Assembly: GCF_016127575.1 (NCBI RefSeq)
Contig: NZ_CP066018.1
Span: 180,001-212,000, forward strand
Reading direction: 5' to 3'
Length of the DNA stretch: 32,000 nucleotides
Source: Cupriavidus necator
GTDB lineage: Bacteria; Pseudomonadota; Gammaproteobacteria; Burkholderiales; Burkholderiaceae
Of this stretch, positions 27,989 through 32,000 are shown in pieces. The notes beneath the pieces were generated by a model that did not search any database, was not told the origin of the DNA, and saw only the letters and a program-made list of their open reading frames with translations. Made by a program: the position numbers and the translations under genes. The stretch's first letter is position 1, and every line of letters starts with the position of its first letter.

Positions 27989-28567
27989 TCAGGCGTCGAG
28001 CCGGTAGCGTGCCGGCGCGGGCGCATCGGCGCCGCCAGCCGCCTCGCGCACCGCACATATCCGCTGCACGAAGGCTGTTTTCGGCACTTCGACCAGGCCA
28101 TCCTCATAGGCGACTACGCGCAGGCCATGCTGGCGCGCCACTTCGAGCAATTCGCCCGGCCGCAGCAGGAAATCCGGCCGCGACGGCTTGCCGACGGTTT
28201 CATTGCCCGCGGCAAAGGTTTCATAAATCCACATGCCGCCGGGCGCCAGTGCCGCCGCCAGGTGCGGCCACAGCGGCCGGTGCAGGTAGTTGGTGACGAC
28301 GATGGCGTCGAACGGCGCCTCGCCGGCCAGCGGCCAGGCGCCCTGCTCCAGGTCGGCCACCCGGCCGGTCACGCCGGCCGGCAGGCCGGCGATGGCCTCG
28401 CCGTCGCGGTCGACGGCCAGCACCGTGTAGCCGCGTGCCGCCAGCCAGGCGGCATGGCGGCCGCTGCCGCAGGCCAGGTCCAGCACCCGCGCGCCGGGGC
28501 GCAGCAGGCGGGCCCAGCGGGCAACCCAGGGGGATGGCGCCGAAAGCCCGGCATGCGATAGCGTCAT
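27989..28567 (-). CDS. Class I SAM-dependent methyltransferase, substrate unknown
   Basis: Motif I VLDLACGSGRHAAWLAARGYTVLAVD. Start taken as the ATG at rc 28565-28567, after AGGGGA. A GTG at 28582 is the alternative. Confidence 0.75.
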   Translation of the reverse strand: MTLSHAGLSAPSPWVARWARLLRPGARVLDLACGSGRHAAWLAARGYTVLAVDRDGEAIAGLPAGVTGRVADLEQGAWPLAGEAPFDAIVVTNYLHRPLWPHLAAALAPGGMWIYETFAAGNETVGKPSRPDFLLRPGELLEVARQHGLRVVAYEDGLVEVPKTAFVQRICAVREAAGGADAPAPARYRLDA

Positions 28568-28583
28568 GGCGTTCCCCTGCACG

Positions 28584-29249
28584 TCAATGCAGCAGCATCA
28601 CGATCGGGCGCAGCATCAGCTCGATCAGCGACATCAGCACATTGACCACCGGCGTCATCCAGATCGTGGTGATCACGCCCGCGGCCACCAGCGCCAGCAC
28701 CACGAAGATGCCGTACGGCTCGATGCGCGACACCGCGCGGGCAATGCCCTGCGGCAGCAGCGCGGTCAGCACGCGGCCGCCGTCCAGCGGCGGCACCGGG
28801 AACAGGTTGAAGGCCGCCACCACCAGGTTGACGCGCACGCCCGCCAGCGCCATCTCGCCGAAAAACGGCTCGCGCACGCCGCCCCAGGTCAGGCCGATGG
28901 CCAGCAGCACCCAGACGAAGGCCTGCACCACATTGCTGGCCGGCCCGGCCAGCGCCACCCACATGCCGTGCCAGCGCGGGTTGCGCAGGCGCTCGAACGC
29001 CACCGGCACCGGCTTGGCATAGCCGAACACGAACTGGCCGCTGGTCATGATGTAGAGCAGCAGCGGCACCGCGATGGTGCCGATCGGATCGATATGGCGG
29101 ATCGGGTTCAGGCTGACGCGCCCGAGCGCATAGGCCGTGTCGTCGCCGAAAAGCTTGGCCACGTAGCCATGCGAGGCCTCATGCAGCGTGATGGCGAACA
29201 GCACCGGCAGGGCATAGACCGCGAAGGTCTGGATAAGGGAGGAATCCAT
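28584..29249 (-). CDS. Site-2 protease family (peptidase M50) integral membrane metalloprotease, PDZ-less short form
   Basis: HExxH motif ITLHEASHGYVA within hydrophobic segments. Trimmed to the ATG at rc 29247-29249 (MDSSLIQTFAVY...). Confidence 0.8.
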   Translation of the reverse strand: MDSSLIQTFAVYALPVLFAITLHEASHGYVAKLFGDDTAYALGRVSLNPIRHIDPIGTIAVPLLLYIMTSGQFVFGYAKPVPVAFERLRNPRWHGMWVALAGPASNVVQAFVWVLLAIGLTWGGVREPFFGEMALAGVRVNLVVAAFNLFPVPPLDGGRVLTALLPQGIARAVSRIEPYGIFVVLALVAAGVITTIWMTPVVNVLMSLIELMLRPIVMLLH

Positions 29250-29328
29250 GGCCCCTATTGTAACGGCCCGGCGCCGCCCAGGCGCACGCTCGTGCACCCG
29301 CCAGGCGGGGTGGCAGCGCCCGGGGAAG

Positions 29329-29952
29329 TCAGAGCCCGAAGCGCCCGACGTCGCCGCGGCCCGCGCGGATCAGCTCGGGCTCGCCGCCGGTCAGGTCGAT
29401 CACCGTGGTCGGCTGCGCCGGCGCCGGGCCGCCGCACACCACCAGATCAAGCTGCTTCTCGAGCCGCGCGCGGATTTCCGCCGGGTCGTTGAGCGGCTCT
29501 TCGTCGCCCGGCATCTGCAGCGTGGCCGAGATCAGCGGCTCGCCGGTCTCGCCCAGCAGCGCCAGCGGAATCGCGTGTTCAGGCACGCGCACGCCGATGG
29601 TCTTGCGCGCCGGGTGCGACAGCCGCCGCGGCACCTCCTTGGTCGCCTCCAGGATGAACACGTACGGGCCCGGCGTGGCGCCCTTGAGCCAGCGGTACTG
29701 CCGGTTGTCGACGCGCGCAAAGTTGCCGAGCTCGGACAGGTCGCGGCACATCAGCGTCAGGTGGTGGCGGTCATCGATGCCGCGCAGCCGGCGCAGGCGC
29801 TCGACGGCGGCCTTGTCGTCGAGCCGGCAGGCCAGCGCATAGCTGGAATCGGTCGGCAGCGCAATCAGGCCGCCCTTCTGCAGGATCTGGGCGGCCTGCT
29901 TGACCAGGCGCGACTGCGGATTGAGCGGATGGATCTCGAAGTACTGTGACAT
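29329..29952 (-). CDS. yciO: YrdC/Sua5-fold protein of the YciO subfamily
   Basis: MSQYFEIHPLNPQSRLVKQAAQILQKGGLIALPTDSSYALACRLDDK...LTLMCRDLSEL...TKEVPRRL...KTIGVRVP is nearly colinear with E. coli YciO (recalled). Adjacent to trpH, as in E. coli. Confidence 0.85.
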   Translation of the reverse strand: MSQYFEIHPLNPQSRLVKQAAQILQKGGLIALPTDSSYALACRLDDKAAVERLRRLRGIDDRHHLTLMCRDLSELGNFARVDNRQYRWLKGATPGPYVFILEATKEVPRRLSHPARKTIGVRVPEHAIPLALLGETGEPLISATLQMPGDEEPLNDPAEIRARLEKQLDLVVCGGPAPAQPTTVIDLTGGEPELIRAGRGDVGRFGL

Positions 29953-30023
29953 GGACCAGGGTGGCGGATTCGGACAGATCGGAGCGGAATCTGGGGGGTA
30001 CCCCGGCCAGGCCGGGCTTGCAC

Positions 30024-30869
30024 CTACCAGTCGCGCCAGACCGGCGTCACCGTCGACGGCAGCGGCGGCAGCTTGCCCAGCTCAACGCGCCCTTCGCCAG
30101 GGCCGTGGAAGTCCGAGCCACGCGAGGCCAGCAGCCCGTAGTGGCGGGCCACCGCGGCATAGCGGCGGTACTGGTCGGGCGTGTGGCTGCCAGTCACGAC
30201 CTCGACGGCGCCACCGCCCAGGGCGGTGAATTCATCGAACAGCGCGTCGTGCTGAGTATCGGTGTAATTGTAGCGGCCCGGGTGCGCCATCACGGCGATG
30301 CCGCCGGCGGCGCGGATCCAGCCGACTGCGTCGGCCAGGCTGGCCCAGCGGTGGCCGACATAGCCGGGGCGGCCTTCCGACAGGTACTCGCTGAAGACCT
30401 CGCCCACGGTGGCGCAACGGCCCTGGTCGACCAGCCAGCGCGCAAAGTGCGTGCGCGAGATCAGGTCCGGGTTGCCCACGTGCTGCAGCGCCCCTTCATA
30501 GGCGCCTGTGATGCCCACTTTTGCCAGCGCCTCGGCAATATCGCGCGCGCGGCGCGCGCGGCCCGAGCGGGTATCGGTCAGGCCGTCGATCAGTTCCGGG
30601 CAGTGCGGGTCGATCTGCAGGCCGACGATATGCACGGTCTGCCCGGCCCAGGTCACCGAGATCTCCACGCCCGGCACATAGCGCATGCCGAATTCCTCGG
30701 CCGCGGCACGCGCCTCGGCCTGCCCGCCCAGTTCGTCGTGGTCGGTCAGGGCCCAGAACGCGACACCCGCGTCGCGGGCGATTTCCGCGATGGCGCGCGG
30801 CGCCAGCGTGCCGTCGGACACGGTGGAATGGCAATGCAGGTCGGCATTGATGGCGTGGGCGTTTTGCAT
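30024..30869 (-). CDS. trpH: PHP-domain phosphoesterase (TrpH/YciV family)
   Basis: INADLHCHSTVSDGTL and ALTDHDELGG are PHP metal-binding motifs. 281 aa. Confidence 0.85.
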   Translation of the reverse strand: MQNAHAINADLHCHSTVSDGTLAPRAIAEIARDAGVAFWALTDHDELGGQAEARAAAEEFGMRYVPGVEISVTWAGQTVHIVGLQIDPHCPELIDGLTDTRSGRARRARDIAEALAKVGITGAYEGALQHVGNPDLISRTHFARWLVDQGRCATVGEVFSEYLSEGRPGYVGHRWASLADAVGWIRAAGGIAVMAHPGRYNYTDTQHDALFDEFTALGGGAVEVVTGSHTPDQYRRYAAVARHYGLLASRGSDFHGPGEGRVELGKLPPLPSTVTPVWRDW

Positions 30870-31039
30870 GGGGCCATTCTACTCCCGTCGTCCCCTCCAT
30901 GCGTGACGCCGGCGCCCCCTGGAAAGCCATGCCAAAGCCCTGCCGGCAACGCTGGCGTGGGCGGAAACGGGCGATGTGCGGGGTATAGTCGGGCCTTGCA
31001 CCGTCTTTTTGCGGGCACCTGGCGTGCCCGCCATGCCCA

Positions 31040-32000
31040 ATGTCCACCGCTACCCCTCTCGCACCAACCCCCGTCACCACCACCGATGTCCTGATCGTGG
31101 GCGCCGGCCCGGTCGGGCTCTTTGCCGCGTTCCAGGCCGGCGTGCTCGGCCTCAGATGCGAGCTGATCGATGTGCTCGACCGTGCCGGCGGCCAGTGCAC
31201 CGAGCTCTATCCCGAAAAACCGATCTACGACATCCCCGCCGTGCCGGGCTGCCTGGCGCAAGACCTGGTCGACCGGTTGCTGGAGCAATGCGCGCCGTTC
31301 GCTTTCCCGATGCACTTCGGCCAGCGCGCGGAGAGCCTGTCCGAAATCCCGCGGCAGCCGGCACCTGACGGGCATGCCGCCCATGAGCGCCTGCTGGTCA
31401 CCACTGACGGCGGCAAGCGCTTCGATGTCTCTGCGGTGCTGATCTGCGCCGGCGCGGGCGCGTTTGCGCCGCAGCGTGTATCGCTGCCGGAAGCGCCGGC
31501 ACTGGAAGGCCGCCACGTGCACTACGCCGTGCGTGATGTGTCGCGCTTTGCCGGCAAGCGCGTGGTGGTGGCCGGCGGCGGCGACTCGGCGCTGGACTGG
31601 GCGCTCGCGCTGCGCAAGGTGGCCGCGCGCGTGACTCTGCTGCACCGGCGCGAAGGCTTCCGCGCGGCCGACGGCACCGTCGCGGAAATGCGCGAGGCAG
31701 TGGCGGCCGGCGAGATGGATTTCGTGGTCGGCATGCTCGGCGCCCTGCGCACCGAAGGCCAGGACGGCCCGCTGACCGAGGTCGAGGTGCGCACCCGCGA
31801 CGGCAGCACGGTGCTGCCCGCCGATGAACTGGTGGCGCTGTACGGCCTGGTGTCCGAGCCGGGCCCGATCGCGCAGTGGGACATGGACATGCGCGCCGGC
31901 CGCATCCTGGTCGACACCACCACTTATGAAAGCTCGCGCCGCGGCATCTTTGCCGCGGGCGATATCGCCTACTACACCAACAAGCAGAAGCTGATCCTGT
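31040..32000 (+). CDS. Partial CDS (3' end beyond window): thioredoxin-reductase-like ferredoxin--NADP(+) reductase
   Basis: Not in the ORF track (truncated). My translation from the ATG at 31040 is MSTATPLAPTPVTTTDVLIVGAGPVGLFAAFQAGVLGLRCELIDVLDRAGGQCTELYPEKPIYDIPAVPG.... A second dinucleotide motif RVVVAGGGDSALDWA starts at about 31559. Confidence 0.8.
   Translation, partial: MSTATPLAPTPVTTTDVLIVGAGPVGLFAAFQAGVLGLRCELIDVLDRAGGQCTELYPEKPIYDIPAVPGCLAQDLVDRLLEQCAPFAFPMHFGQRAESLSEIPRQPAPDGHAAHERLLVTTDGGKRFDVSAVLICAGAGAFAPQRVSLPEAPALEGRHVHYAVRDVSRFAGKRVVVAGGGDSALDWALALRKVAARVTLLHRREGFRAADGTVAEMREAVAAGEMDFVVGMLGALRTEGQDGPLTEVEVRTRDGSTVLPADELVALYGLVSEPGPIAQWDMDMRAGRILVDTTTYESSRRGIFAAGDIAYYTNKQKLIL

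Overview
High-G+C chromosomal segment (hand-counted coding lines are about 65-67% G+C) from a betaproteobacterium. Protein sequences and gene order look like Burkholderiaceae, most likely Cupriavidus/Ralstonia. That assignment rests on lysC-tRNA-Ser, accA-tilS, cysS / TPR-ppiA-ppiB-lpxH, trmJ-cysE / suhB, mutS, slyD, dapA-bamC and trpH-yciO, recalled from memory and not searched. I call 33 protein-coding genes (two cut by the window edges), one tRNA-Ser(GCU), four intrinsic terminators, one clear sigma70-type promoter and a few candidate operator dyads. Most of the window is core housekeeping: amino-acid and lipid A biosynthesis, tRNA modification, aminoacylation, DNA repair, protein folding and envelope assembly. 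I recognised no transposase, integrase, phage, CRISPR, restriction/defence or toxin-antitoxin genes. I cannot point to a clear novel multi-gene system. The items most worth a second look are listed here. (1) A translationally coupled citryl-CoA-lyase-like / acyl-CoA-ligase / intradiol-dioxygenase-like operon at the left edge, next to a TetR gene and a small secreted D-x-[YF]-x-DGA repeat protein. (2) A DUF465 / N-terminally extended PPK2 / USP cluster. (3) An exported protein with degenerate metallophosphoesterase-like motifs, translationally coupled to mutS. (4) A low-G+C intergenic patch with a perfect 18-bp palindrome in front of a 78-aa Ala/Pro-repeat lipoprotein gene with atypical codon usage. 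(5) A 305-nt ORF-free, hairpin-rich spacer upstream of cysE. The many long ORFs antisense to these genes are treated as high-G+C artefacts.
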